Assembly: GCA_037441385.1 (NCBI GenBank) | Contig: JBBISH010000009.1 | Coordinates: 27,191 to 91,190 of the forward strand | Length of the DNA stretch: 64,000 nt | Source: Myxococcales bacterium | Lineage (GTDB): Bacteria; Myxococcota_A; UBA9042 | Reading direction: 5' to 3' | Shown here: positions 49,491 through 58,815 of the stretch, piece after piece | Layout of the letters: each line of letters opens with the position of its first letter | Numbering within the stretch: position 1 is the first letter of the stretch | Position numbers and translations under genes: made by a program | Notes under the pieces: model-generated | The model's database searches: none | Told to the model about the DNA's origin: nothing | Seen by the model: the letters and a program-made list of their open reading frames with translations, nothing else

Positions 49491-50308
49491 CAGCAGCGAA
49501 TTTCAACGGACCAGCACAGCAGGCCAACGCGCCAAGCGTGCGAGTGGGTGTGGTGGGGGCCGCGGGGCGAATGGGCCAGCTCCTGTGCCAACTAGTGAAT
49601 GATGCAGCCGATTTGCATCTGTCAGCCAGCATCGTCGAGCCTGGGCAAAGCGGAGGCATTCCGCTCGACCAGGTCGACCCTAACTCTATAGATATTATTA
49701 TCGATTTCTCGACGCCGCACGCCACATCGTCCGTGGCCGAGTGGGTACGCGCGCATGGCGTCGCCTGGGTGCTGGGGACCACGGGTCTGGGCGCGGGCGA
49801 GCAAGCCGAGGTCGCGCGGGCCGCGCAGTTCGTGCCCGTTTTCCAAGCGTCGAATTTCTCTGTGGGTGTTGCGCTGCTGACCGAGCTTGCGGCCCGTGCG
49901 GCCAGCGTGCTCGGTTTGGATGCCGACATCGAGATCGTCGAAACCCACCACCGCCACAAGCGGGATGCGCCGTCCGGGACCGCGCTCAGCCTGGCCAAGG
50001 CCGTGGCCCAAGCTAGGGGCCAAGACTTGACCCAAGTGCGCCGCGATGGCCGCAGCGGTCTTGGCGAAGAGCGACCGCGGGGCGAGATCGGGATGCACGC
50101 CGTGCGACTGGCCGACATCGTGGGCGAACACGAGGTGGTGCTGGGCTGGCCGGCCGAGCGCCTGCGCCTTTGCCACGATGCCCGCGACCGCAAGGTCTTT
50201 GCCCATGGCGCCGTGCGGGCCGCGCGCTGGCTGGCCGATCGCCGTGGACAGGCAGGGCTGTACGGCATGCCCCACATGCTGAACAGCGCCCGCGCACCCG
50301 AACCGTAG
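49487..50308 (+). CDS. dapB: 4-hydroxy-tetrahydrodipicolinate reductase
   Basis: GAAGRMG, IDFS, GTTG, ETHHRHKRDAPSGTA and FAHGA motifs. Confidence 0.95.
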   Translation: MTAANFNGPAQQANAPSVRVGVVGAAGRMGQLLCQLVNDAADLHLSASIVEPGQSGGIPLDQVDPNSIDIIIDFSTPHATSSVAEWVRAHGVAWVLGTTGLGAGEQAEVARAAQFVPVFQASNFSVGVALLTELAARAASVLGLDADIEIVETHHRHKRDAPSGTALSLAKAVAQARGQDLTQVRRDGRSGLGEERPRGEIGMHAVRLADIVGEHEVVLGWPAERLRLCHDARDRKVFAHGAVRAARWLADRRGQAGLYGMPHMLNSARAPEP

Positions 50309-50423
50309 GAACGACCCAGGCTGTCTGGCTGTGCCGCCCAACCGCAAAGGTCGAGAGGGCGGTCACAAAGGGCCGCCAATCGCCTGTGGCCACTGGCCGC
50401 CCCCTGTTCGACGAGGAGACCCG

Positions 50424-50960
50424 ATGCATCTACCCCAAACCGTTGAGTACTCCCTGCGCGCCATGTGCTACATCGCCAATCTTGGCGAAGGAGTGGCCGT
50501 ACGCGCCCAAGACCTGAGCGTCGCAACCGGTGTGCCGGCGCCGTACCTGGCCAAGCTGTTGCGCAAAATGGTGGTCGCGGGGCTGCTTTCTTCGCAAAAG
50601 GGCCACGGCGGCGGCTTCTCGCTCGCCAAACCGCCCACCTTCATCCGGTTTCTGGATGTCATGGTCGCGGCGGACTACATCATCAACCCAAGCTACTGCG
50701 CCTTTGGCTGGGGGTCGTGCAACTCGGCCGCGCCGTGCCCGTTGCATCCGGCCTGGGCCAAGCTCAACGACATGATGGCCGACTGGGCCGCCCGCATCAC
50801 CCTGGCCGACGTGTTGGTGACCGGCGGGCTGCCCCTGCCCGAAGCGGTGGCCTCGGGGCGCCTGCCGCCCGCGTTCCATGGCACCAATCGCGTGTCGACA
50901 GAAAGTCTGCGCACCCGCCGTGGCCGCCGCCCCAAAGCGCCGGGCGATACCGTCAAGTAG
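50424..50960 (+). CDS. Rrf2 family transcriptional regulator with an IscR-like Cys3-His set
   Basis: EYSLRA, YLAKLL, SQKGHGGGF and CAFGWGSCNSAAPCPLH. GAGGAG RBS. Confidence 0.9.
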   Translation: MHLPQTVEYSLRAMCYIANLGEGVAVRAQDLSVATGVPAPYLAKLLRKMVVAGLLSSQKGHGGGFSLAKPPTFIRFLDVMVAADYIINPSYCAFGWGSCNSAAPCPLHPAWAKLNDMMADWAARITLADVLVTGGLPLPEAVASGRLPPAFHGTNRVSTESLRTRRGRRPKAPGDTVK

Positions 50961-51036
50961 CTCGTTCTGGCCAGGCAGGTCCGCGGGCACAGCAGGAGCG
51001 CGGCGACCGACAGTCGCAGCGACCACCGGGTTCGCC

Positions 51037-52476
51037 TTAGGTCAAGTCCGCCAGCAGGGCGAGCAGAATCTCCCAAGTTTGCCCCACACTAGGGATGTCG
51101 ACACACTCGTCTGGCGAGTGGGCGTTGCGCACATCTGGGCCAATCGAGATCATGTCCATCGTTGGGAAGCGATCGCCGATCAAGCCACACTCCAGGCCGG
51201 CATGGATGGCCTTGGGCACGGGCGCCGCACCGAATTTCCGCGCAAACACCCGCTGCGCCTGCGCCAGAAGCGGCGAATTCGGGTTCGGCGGCCACCCCGG
51301 ATAGCCATCGCTCTGGTGCACGGCAGCGCCAGCCAGGCGACCCAGCGACGCGACCGAGTCGGCAAGCCAGCGCAATTGCGACTGGATGCTCGAACGCTGC
51401 GACGTCGCAATGGTCAGATGGTCATCTGTTGTGGTCAAGGTGGCCAGATTGGTGCTCGTCTCGACCAGGCCAGGCAAAGCGCGCGAAAACGCTTGATAAC
51501 CATGCGGCAGCGCCAGCAGCAGATCGATGACGCGATGGGCCACGTCGTCCACCAGCGGCAGGCGTGGGTCCGAGCTCGCTTCCATCGCCACGCTCACGCC
51601 CTCGTCCACGCCGGCCAATTCACTGGCCACGATGGTGCGATAGTCGGCCAGCGCGGCCTGCACGACGGCCGGGTCGCGGATATCGACCACGGCAAACGCT
51701 TCGCGGGGGATCGCGTTGCGCAGCGATCCACCGTCCACCGCCACGACGCCGGCCAGCAGACCTTTGTTCTGCAGATCGCGCAAGATACGCGCCAGGATGC
51801 GGTTGGCGTTGCCGCGGCCTTCGTGGATGTCGCAGCCCGAGTGGCCACCACGCAAGCCTTTGACCGCAATACGAATCCGCACCGCACCGCGGGTCGCGTC
51901 GCCCCGCTGCAGCGGCAGCGTCAAGAGGGTGTCGATGCCGCCAGCGCAGCCGATGTAGATCTGGCCCAGTTCTTCGGTGTCGATGTTGATCAGGCGGTTG
52001 CCGCGCAAAAAGCCGGGCTGCAGCCCCTTGGCGCCGGTCAGCCCCCGCTCCTCGTCGACCGTGAACAGCAGATCGAGCGGCCCGTGCGGCGAGTCCTTCG
52101 CGTCCAGCATGGCCAGGGCCATGGCCACACCAATGCCGTTGTCTGCTCCCAGAGTTGTGCCCGTCGCCTTGACCTCGGGCCCGACCACACGCAGGCGGAT
52201 CGGATCCTTTGAAAAATCGTGAACGGTGTCGGCGTTTTTCTCGCAGACCATGTCCAGGTGACCCTGCAGCACCGTCGGGGCCACCTGTTCGCGGCCGGGC
52301 GTGGCCGGGACTTGCACCACGATGTTGCCGGTGGCGTCGCGCAGCCACTTCAGCCCGTGGTCTTCGGCCATCTTCACCACCCAGTTGCCAGCTGCGGCCT
52401 CTTCGCCCGAGCGGCGCGGAATGGCGCTGAGCGCGGCAAAATACTTCCAAACAACAGCAGGTTCCAGCGTATCCAT
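51037..52476 (-). CDS. pepD: Aminoacyl-histidine dipeptidase (M20)
   Basis: LQGHLDMVCEK, TTLGADNGIG, VDEERGL, GGHSG and IHAGLECG motifs. Confidence 0.93.
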   Translation of the reverse strand: MDTLEPAVVWKYFAALSAIPRRSGEEAAAGNWVVKMAEDHGLKWLRDATGNIVVQVPATPGREQVAPTVLQGHLDMVCEKNADTVHDFSKDPIRLRVVGPEVKATGTTLGADNGIGVAMALAMLDAKDSPHGPLDLLFTVDEERGLTGAKGLQPGFLRGNRLINIDTEELGQIYIGCAGGIDTLLTLPLQRGDATRGAVRIRIAVKGLRGGHSGCDIHEGRGNANRILARILRDLQNKGLLAGVVAVDGGSLRNAIPREAFAVVDIRDPAVVQAALADYRTIVASELAGVDEGVSVAMEASSDPRLPLVDDVAHRVIDLLLALPHGYQAFSRALPGLVETSTNLATLTTTDDHLTIATSQRSSIQSQLRWLADSVASLGRLAGAAVHQSDGYPGWPPNPNSPLLAQAQRVFARKFGAAPVPKAIHAGLECGLIGDRFPTMDMISIGPDVRNAHSPDECVDIPSVGQTWEILLALLADLT

Positions 52477-52695
52477 CGGACATCCTCCGGGCCAAGGCGG
52501 CGCCAGTTGGTGGGGCGAGGTAGTCAGCGTGCGCAAGGCCGGTCCGGTTGGCGCCCGCGCCGGCAAAGGCGGCGGCAAGTCTGACCGTTGCCGCGGCGCG
52601 ACACAAGCCGGCGTCGCCCAGGTCCTGCGGCATTTGCCGGCGGTTCGCACCCTTGCGATACTGCCCAAGCGCTGGCGCGCAAGGGACGATGGGGC

Positions 52696-53883
52696 ATGGT
52701 TGGGGCGCTACAACAGCTGAAAATTCTTGACTTGACCAGCCTTTGGCCGGGGCCCTTGGCCACGATGCTGCTCGCGGACCTGGGCGCCGAGGTGTTGCGC
52801 GTCGACGCCTTGGATCGCCCCGATATGTTGCGGTTCATGCCGCCTTTGACCGGCGACGGCCAGGCCGCCGCGTGGCACACCGTGGCACGCAACAAGCGGT
52901 CGATCGGCTTGAACCTGAAAACAGCGGCTGGGCGGAGTCTTTTTCAAGAGTTGTTGCAGACCTATGACATCGTGGTCGAGCAATTCCGTCCAGGCGTGCT
53001 CGACCGCCTTGGGGTGGGCTATGCGGCCATGTCGGCCAGCCAGCCGCGCCTAATCTGGTGCGCGATCTCGGCTTTTGGCCAGACGGGGCCGCTGCGCGAC
53101 CGGCCGGGACACGACATCAATTTCTTGGCGCTGTCGGGGGCGGCCCACCACATGGGGGGGCGCGGCGGTGCTCCCCACCCATGGACTACGGTCGCCGGCG
53201 ACACGGCGGGCGGAACGTGGCCAGCTGTTGCGGGGATTCTCGCTGCCGCGTTGCACCGGAGTGCCACAGGTTTGGGCCAGTTCGTCGACATCAGCATGGC
53301 CGATGGAGCCTTGTTCTTGAACGCGATGCCGGCTGCGGCAGTTCTAGCTGGTGCCGAGACGGACCAAGCGGAACATGGCGTCCTGGGTGGAGATTCGGCC
53401 TATGGCTTCTACGCAACCCGCGATGGACGCTGGGTGTCGATGGCCGCGCTCGAACCCAAGTTCTGGGCCGATTTTTGTGCGGCGGTGCATCGGCCTGACT
53501 TGCTGGATTGGCCGGGTGCGACGCCGGCCGAGCAACAGGCTTTGCGCCATGAACTGACGACGATTTTTGCGGGCAAGACCTGGGCCGAGTGGCGGCACCT
53601 GTTCCAGGACGTGCCGTGCTGCGTCGAGGTGGTGCTCGACACGGCCGAGGCCCTGGCCGCCCCGCAAGTCGCGGCGCGCCAGATGGTGGTGGCCTTGCCG
53701 CAGCCCGATGGCAACAGCCTGACCCAGCTGGGCAATCCGTTGCGCCTGCTGGCGACGCCGCCCACCTTGCGCACAGCGGCCCGCACGCCCGGCGCGGACA
53801 CGGACCAGGTTCTCCGCGAACTTGGTAAAACTCCGGCCGAAATTGCCGAGCTTCGCGCAAGCGGCGCCGTGGGCAGCGAGTAG
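52696..53883 (+). CDS. CaiB/BaiF family CoA-transferase (AMACR-like)
   Basis: PGPLATMLLADLGAEV, RNKRSI, FRPGV and GHDINF motifs. Confidence 0.9.
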   Translation: MVGALQQLKILDLTSLWPGPLATMLLADLGAEVLRVDALDRPDMLRFMPPLTGDGQAAAWHTVARNKRSIGLNLKTAAGRSLFQELLQTYDIVVEQFRPGVLDRLGVGYAAMSASQPRLIWCAISAFGQTGPLRDRPGHDINFLALSGAAHHMGGRGGAPHPWTTVAGDTAGGTWPAVAGILAAALHRSATGLGQFVDISMADGALFLNAMPAAAVLAGAETDQAEHGVLGGDSAYGFYATRDGRWVSMAALEPKFWADFCAAVHRPDLLDWPGATPAEQQALRHELTTIFAGKTWAEWRHLFQDVPCCVEVVLDTAEALAAPQVAARQMVVALPQPDGNSLTQLGNPLRLLATPPTLRTAARTPGADTDQVLRELGKTPAEIAELRASGAVGSE

Positions 53884-54042
53884 CCCCCGGACCGGTCCGC
53901 CTCGGCCCCGGCCCAATGCCCGCCTTGCGCCGTCCGCTTTGCGAACTGCCCAGGTACCTGTAGAATTGGCGGTACCCCCGGTTGCTGTGGTGCTCCCACT
54001 GACGCTTTCCACTGCCGCGGCCCCCTTCCAAGCGAGACGACG

Positions 54043-54987
54043 ATGCGCAAGCCACTTCTGCGTTCTGGGCAATTCGGCAATCTGGTCGCGGTGCTCGTGG
54101 CCGTCGCTGGCGCTATGTCGGCGTGCGAGGATTCGGCGACCAATGCGGCCCTGGGCACCCTCGAGGCCGACAGTGTCGTAGGTGACTCGAGCCTGACCCA
54201 CGACGCCGCCCCGGCCGAAGTCGCCCAGGACGCGGCTCAAGCCAAGGACAGCGAACCGGATCTGGCCCCGGCGGACGTGCAGTTCGACGCACTGGCCGAC
54301 GTCGCGCCCGACATCCAGCCCGACACGACCCCCGACATCGCCAAAGATGTGCCACCGGATGTTCAACCCGATGTTCAACCCGATGTCCAGCCCGACATCC
54401 AGCCCGATGTGCCGCCCGACACGGCGGCGGACCCGTGCCAGGCCAAGGTGGCCAAGTACATGGCGCTCGAAGCTTCTGCGAGCAAGTGCTCCACGCCGTT
54501 CGACTGCTACGGTCTGGCGCCGGCCATGCTCACCTGCCCCAAGTGCAGCGCCTACTACAGCGGCAAATCGGCGGATACGCAGAACTTGATCGACTACAGC
54601 GCCGAGATGGTGACGTCCAAGTGCAACGGCGTCTGCAACAGTGCTTGCGTCGACTTGAGCAAGATGGTCGGCACGTGCGGCTCGGGCAGCTGCCAGACCA
54701 AGGAGTTGTCGTGCAAGGAGCTGGATCAGGCCGCCAGCTTGGCCCTTGCCGAAGGGGCCAAGTGCAGCAAAGACAGCGACTGCACGTTCAAGGTGTCGAA
54801 CACCTTGGGTTGCGGTTGCCCCACCTTTGTCAACATGACGACCATGGGCCCCAGCAAGCCTCTGTTCCTGTACATGAAGATGCTGGTTCTGGCCTACAAG
54901 GCCAAGGTCTGCACCGCCGACACGACCTGCGCGTGCCCCGATCCCAGCAGCGCCAAATGCGTGGCGGGCATCTGCGTGGGACAGTAG
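54043..54987 (+). CDS. Cys-rich lipoprotein with a PD(V/I)Q tandem linker
   Basis: Lipobox AMSAC, 12-bp repeats at about 54300-54420, and two similar Cys-rich domains. Confidence 0.75.
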   Translation: MRKPLLRSGQFGNLVAVLVAVAGAMSACEDSATNAALGTLEADSVVGDSSLTHDAAPAEVAQDAAQAKDSEPDLAPADVQFDALADVAPDIQPDTTPDIAKDVPPDVQPDVQPDVQPDIQPDVPPDTAADPCQAKVAKYMALEASASKCSTPFDCYGLAPAMLTCPKCSAYYSGKSADTQNLIDYSAEMVTSKCNGVCNSACVDLSKMVGTCGSGSCQTKELSCKELDQAASLALAEGAKCSKDSDCTFKVSNTLGCGCPTFVNMTTMGPSKPLFLYMKMLVLAYKAKVCTADTTCACPDPSSAKCVAGICVGQ

Positions 54988-55004
54988 GCCGGAAGCGACG
55001 GTTG

Positions 55005-55041
55005 GGATGCGCGGATCGGATGCGCGGATCGGATGCGCGGA
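55005..55041 (+). repeat. Intergenic 13-bp tandem repeat (GGATGCGCGGATC, about 3 copies)
   Basis: Visible directly between convergent genes. Confidence 0.8.
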
Positions 55042-55064
55042 GAAGGCCTGGATCGATCCGGTCT

Positions 55065-56558
55065 CTAGCCCTTGCCTGGACCACCGCTGGGACGCGGCAG
55101 TCGGGCCGTGGGCCGGTCACTACCGAGCGGCATCGTTTTCTTGAACAATGAGCCATGCGGCTCGTCCGCAGCCTCGCCCTCGGGCGCAGCGGACGGCGCG
55201 AGCGGTGCGGCAGTTGCCACCGGCGGCGGAGGCACCGGCGGCGGGGGCACCGCGGCTCTGGGCACCGGCGGCGGAGGCACCGGCGGCGGGGGCGCCGGGC
55301 TCATCTTGGGCAGCGGCGGCAGGGGCGGGACGTGGTGGAGGGGGTCCGCTTGCACAACGGGCGGTTTGGCTGGCCCGGTCGATCCACGCAACATGCGCGA
55401 AGTCGCGGACCGCGCTGACAAAGGTGGCATCGGCCCCGTGGCCTGACGGCTGTCGGCCACTGCGTCGTCGCCCGCCTCGGGCACGCCGGCCGCCGGGTGC
55501 GCCGGCTCCAATCGGCCCGACTTGCGGCGCCTTGGCGTGTGGTCCGGGCTCAGCGAAAACGCCTGCATATCCAACGAGGTGCGCGCCATCTCCATGGCGA
55601 CCGCGTCCAAAGCCTCGCGCATGTCGTGGGCCTGTTGCCAGCGGCGGAGCAGGTCCTTCTCCAGGGCCCGCTGCACCACGGTCACAAACGACTGCGTCAG
55701 ATCGGTCCGCGCAGCCCTTCGCAAGTCCGGAAGCGGGCGCGACAGGTGGGCCTGCATCAGCTTGACCGGATTCAGATCGGCAAACGGCACGTCGCCGGTG
55801 ACCGAGCGATACAGCACGATTCCCAACGAATACAGATCACTTCGACCGTCCAGGTCCAGACCTTGGCACTGTTCGGGGCTCATGTAGGCCGGCGTGCCCA
55901 GGGCCATACCGGTGGTCGTCAGCGTGGACCCGCTGGTCTGGGCGATACCAAAATCCAGTACTTTCACCACGGTCTCGCCTGCCACGTCGGCCAAGACGAT
56001 GTTGGCGGGTTTCAGGTCGCGGTGGACCAGATGGCGACCGTGGGCCTCGTGCAGCGAGCGGAGCACCGGCACGGCGAAATCGATGGCCTCGCGCTGGGTC
56101 AGCACCTGTCCGCGCGACAGCCGCTCTTGCATGCGGTCTTCCAGCGACGGCCCCACCAGCAGTTCCATCGCCAGCCAGAACGAGCCGCCCTCGGTTTGGC
56201 CCACGTCAAACACCCGAATGGTGTTGGGATGCGACAGGCCAGCGGTCACACTCGCCTCGCGGTAGAAGCGCCGCACGGCTTGCTCGTCGGGCCCCGGCCA
56301 CGTGGCCTTGAGCACCTTGATCGCCAGCGCCTGACCGGTGACCACATGCTGCGCGGCAAAGACGGATGAGTAGCCGCCTTCGCCCAAGCGCCGGGTGATC
56401 ATGTAGCGTTCGCCGATCAGGTCGCCGACCTTGACTTCGGCGCCCGGCAGGTACTCGCGCAGTTGCACCGTCAGCGAACCGTCGTCCGGACACACGAGTC
56501 CAGGGGTGCGGGCACCGCAATGGGTACAAAGGCGCTGGCGAGAATCAAATGGGGTCAT
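55065..56558 (-). CDS. Ser/Thr kinase with an N-terminal Zn-ribbon-like motif and a Pro-rich tail
   Basis: CTHCG...CPDDG, GEGGYS, HRDLKPAN, DFG and GTPAYMSPE motifs. Confidence 0.88.
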   Translation of the reverse strand: MTPFDSRQRLCTHCGARTPGLVCPDDGSLTVQLREYLPGAEVKVGDLIGERYMITRRLGEGGYSSVFAAQHVVTGQALAIKVLKATWPGPDEQAVRRFYREASVTAGLSHPNTIRVFDVGQTEGGSFWLAMELLVGPSLEDRMQERLSRGQVLTQREAIDFAVPVLRSLHEAHGRHLVHRDLKPANIVLADVAGETVVKVLDFGIAQTSGSTLTTTGMALGTPAYMSPEQCQGLDLDGRSDLYSLGIVLYRSVTGDVPFADLNPVKLMQAHLSRPLPDLRRAARTDLTQSFVTVVQRALEKDLLRRWQQAHDMREALDAVAMEMARTSLDMQAFSLSPDHTPRRRKSGRLEPAHPAAGVPEAGDDAVADSRQATGPMPPLSARSATSRMLRGSTGPAKPPVVQADPLHHVPPLPPLPKMSPAPPPPVPPPPVPRAAVPPPPVPPPPVATAAPLAPSAAPEGEAADEPHGSLFKKTMPLGSDRPTARLPRPSGGPGKG

Positions 56559-56588
56559 GATCACGGCCCAAGTCTAGCTGAGACAAAA

Positions 56589-56644
56589 TCCCGTCGAATC
56601 CGATCGACAACGCGGCCGTTTCTCCGGGCCCGATCCGGGAACCC
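56589..56644 (+). repeat. Dispersed 56-bp repeat, copy 1
   Basis: TCCCGTCGAATCCGATCGACAACGCGGCCGTTTCTCCGGGCCCGATCCGGGAACCC aligns with the copies at 63389 and 63872. Confidence 0.55.
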
Positions 56645-56888
56645 CATGCAATTCTCGCCAGTTGCAGGTCGGAACAGGGAAGATTTGCCGGCGCGAATCC
56701 AGTGGGGCTCGCAGGACAAGGTGCCAGAGGTGGGCCGCGCTGACAAGCGAAGCGCGACACCAAGTTTCTCCAGCTCTGTGCGCCGCGCCCGGCGGTCCGG
56801 CGACCCGTCGCCGCTGCGACGCACTGGGTCGGCCGAGCTGGCGCGGTGGCCGCGTGACAGGCCACAAGGATTGCGGCACACTCGGAGC

Positions 56889-58757
56889 ATGGTCCTACCT
56901 AGCCTGTCCTTTTGCCTTGGCCGTGCCCACCTCCCGTCGCGGCGGTGGCGTACAATTGTCTCAAGAATCGCTGCCGGAAACGTAGCCGGTCTGCTGGCCT
57001 TGGGCCTGTGGGCCGCGCCGGTTTGCGCCGCGCCAGCTCCTGCCAGCCCGCCCAAAGAGGCCAGCGTGCCCAAGATGTTGGGCTCGCGCGCGCTGAAACC
57101 GGGCATGAAGGGCCACGGCCTCACCGTGGTGCGCGGCACCAAGATCGAGCGTTTCGACATCGAGATCATCGGCGTTCTGGAAAACGCGCTGCCACGGCAG
57201 GACATCATCCTGATTCGGTGCGCGGGCCTGAACCTAGAGCATTCCGGCATCGTCGCCGGCATGTCAGGTAGCCCCATCTTTGTCGACGATGCCCAGCAAG
57301 GCCCGTTGCTGATCGGGGCGCTGTCGTACGGGTTCCAGTTCAACAAGGACCCGGTAGCGGGCGTCACGCCGATTGCCGACATGCTTCCGGAAATGGACCG
57401 CCAGCTGCTGCCCCTGCCGCACAACCAGAAACTGGCCGAGGCGCCTGGCAAATCCGCCAGCGGCTTAGTCAAACTCCCCGACGGCGCCGCGCTGCAACCC
57501 GTGGGCGTGCCGCTGGTCCTGTCGGGCTTCGCTCCCGGCGTCGTGGATGCAATGCGTGGTGAACTCAAAGACTTGGGCTTCGACCACGTCATGCTGGCCA
57601 CCGGCGGCGCCGCCAGTGGTGCGCGCAAGCCTTCGCCGGCCTTCGAGCCGGGTTCCGCCATCTCGCTCAGCCTGGCGCGCGGCGACATGGCCGTCTCGGG
57701 CATCGGCACGGTCACCTGGGTCCGCGGCGACCACTTTGTGGCTTTTGGACATCCATTCAAGGGGTTGGGCCAAGTCCACTTGCCGATCGGCGGCGCCGAC
57801 ATCCAGTGGATCCTGTCCAGCCAGGCGTCGTCGTTCAAGATGGGCAATGCCCTGGACGACATCGGCATCTTGGACCAGGACCGCCAGCCCGCAGTGGCCG
57901 GTCGAGTGGGTCCGCGCGACGTGATGGTGCCGGTCAAGGTGGTGGTGCGCAGCGTCGATCGCAAATCCGAGCAGACCTGGAACGTGGAAGTGACGGACCA
58001 GCCTCTGTTCTTTCCCATGATTGCCGCGATGGTCGCGCAGAACGCCGCCAAGTCCAGCGAGCCCGTGGCCGAGAGCCTGGGCGTGGAAATGCGAGCGAAG
58101 TTCACCATCGATGGGCCGCACGCGCCGGTGGTCATCCGCGACACCCTCTCGGGATTGAACGGCATGGCCGGCGTGGGCGAGATCGGCGCGATGGTCGGTC
58201 AGGTGGCCAAGGCCTTGACCTACAACGGCTTTGAGCGTCTGCGCGTGTCGCGGATCGACATGGAGCTCGAAGTGAGCGAAGGCCGCAACCTCGCGTTTGT
58301 CGAGTGGGTGCGCACGCCCAGCGAAGAGGTCGAGGTCGGCGTCCCGATCCCGATCAAGGTGGGGTTGATGCGCCCCAACGTCGAGCCGCCGCTCAGCGTC
58401 CAGACCGTGGTGTTGCCTCCGCTGCCCAAGGAGTTGGCGGGCGCCGCGCTGCAAGTGCAGATCGGGGCCGAGAAGCAATTTGGGCCCGAGTTCCCGGAAC
58501 CGCAAAATGTAGACGACATCATCGCTTTCTTGAACGGGCAGCCGACCCGCAGCCGGCTGGTGGCGGTGGTGGCCCTGCCCGAGCCGTCGCTGATGGTGCG
58601 CGGCAAACGCCTGACCTCGCTGCCGTTGGGGGTGCGCGACGAGTTGCAGGGGCACACTGTGGCGGTCCGGGCGGGCAAGGAAACCCTGCGCGCGGCGGTG
58701 CAAACGCCTTGGGCGCTCAACGGCAGCGCATCGATCAAGCTGCGCGTCAAGCCGTGA
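56889..58757 (+). CDS. SpoIVB peptidase S55 domain protein
   Basis: GMKGHGLTV..GT..ERF, GIVAGMSGSP, IGTVTW...AFGHPF and a signal-like N-terminus. The start codon is uncertain. Confidence 0.85.
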   Translation: MVLPSLSFCLGRAHLPSRRWRTIVSRIAAGNVAGLLALGLWAAPVCAAPAPASPPKEASVPKMLGSRALKPGMKGHGLTVVRGTKIERFDIEIIGVLENALPRQDIILIRCAGLNLEHSGIVAGMSGSPIFVDDAQQGPLLIGALSYGFQFNKDPVAGVTPIADMLPEMDRQLLPLPHNQKLAEAPGKSASGLVKLPDGAALQPVGVPLVLSGFAPGVVDAMRGELKDLGFDHVMLATGGAASGARKPSPAFEPGSAISLSLARGDMAVSGIGTVTWVRGDHFVAFGHPFKGLGQVHLPIGGADIQWILSSQASSFKMGNALDDIGILDQDRQPAVAGRVGPRDVMVPVKVVVRSVDRKSEQTWNVEVTDQPLFFPMIAAMVAQNAAKSSEPVAESLGVEMRAKFTIDGPHAPVVIRDTLSGLNGMAGVGEIGAMVGQVAKALTYNGFERLRVSRIDMELEVSEGRNLAFVEWVRTPSEEVEVGVPIPIKVGLMRPNVEPPLSVQTVVLPPLPKELAGAALQVQIGAEKQFGPEFPEPQNVDDIIAFLNGQPTRSRLVAVVALPEPSLMVRGKRLTSLPLGVRDELQGHTVAVRAGKETLRAAVQTPWALNGSASIKLRVKP

Positions 58758-58815
58758 CGTCGCGGGCAGTCTGCCGCCGCATACGCACAACTCAGCACGA
58801 ATCAAAGAGGAACCC

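Noticed and set aside
56646..56727. Sigma54 promoters on the minus strand (TGGCGAGAATTGC and TGGCACCTTGTCCTGC)
   Set aside because: GG-to-GC spacing is 8 and 11 nt rather than the required 10.
56672..56730. Cobalamin-riboswitch-like fragment (AACAGGGAA...CCGGCGCGAATCC)
   Set aside because: The downstream GCCACTG and B12 box are missing, and the adjacent genes are unrelated to B12.
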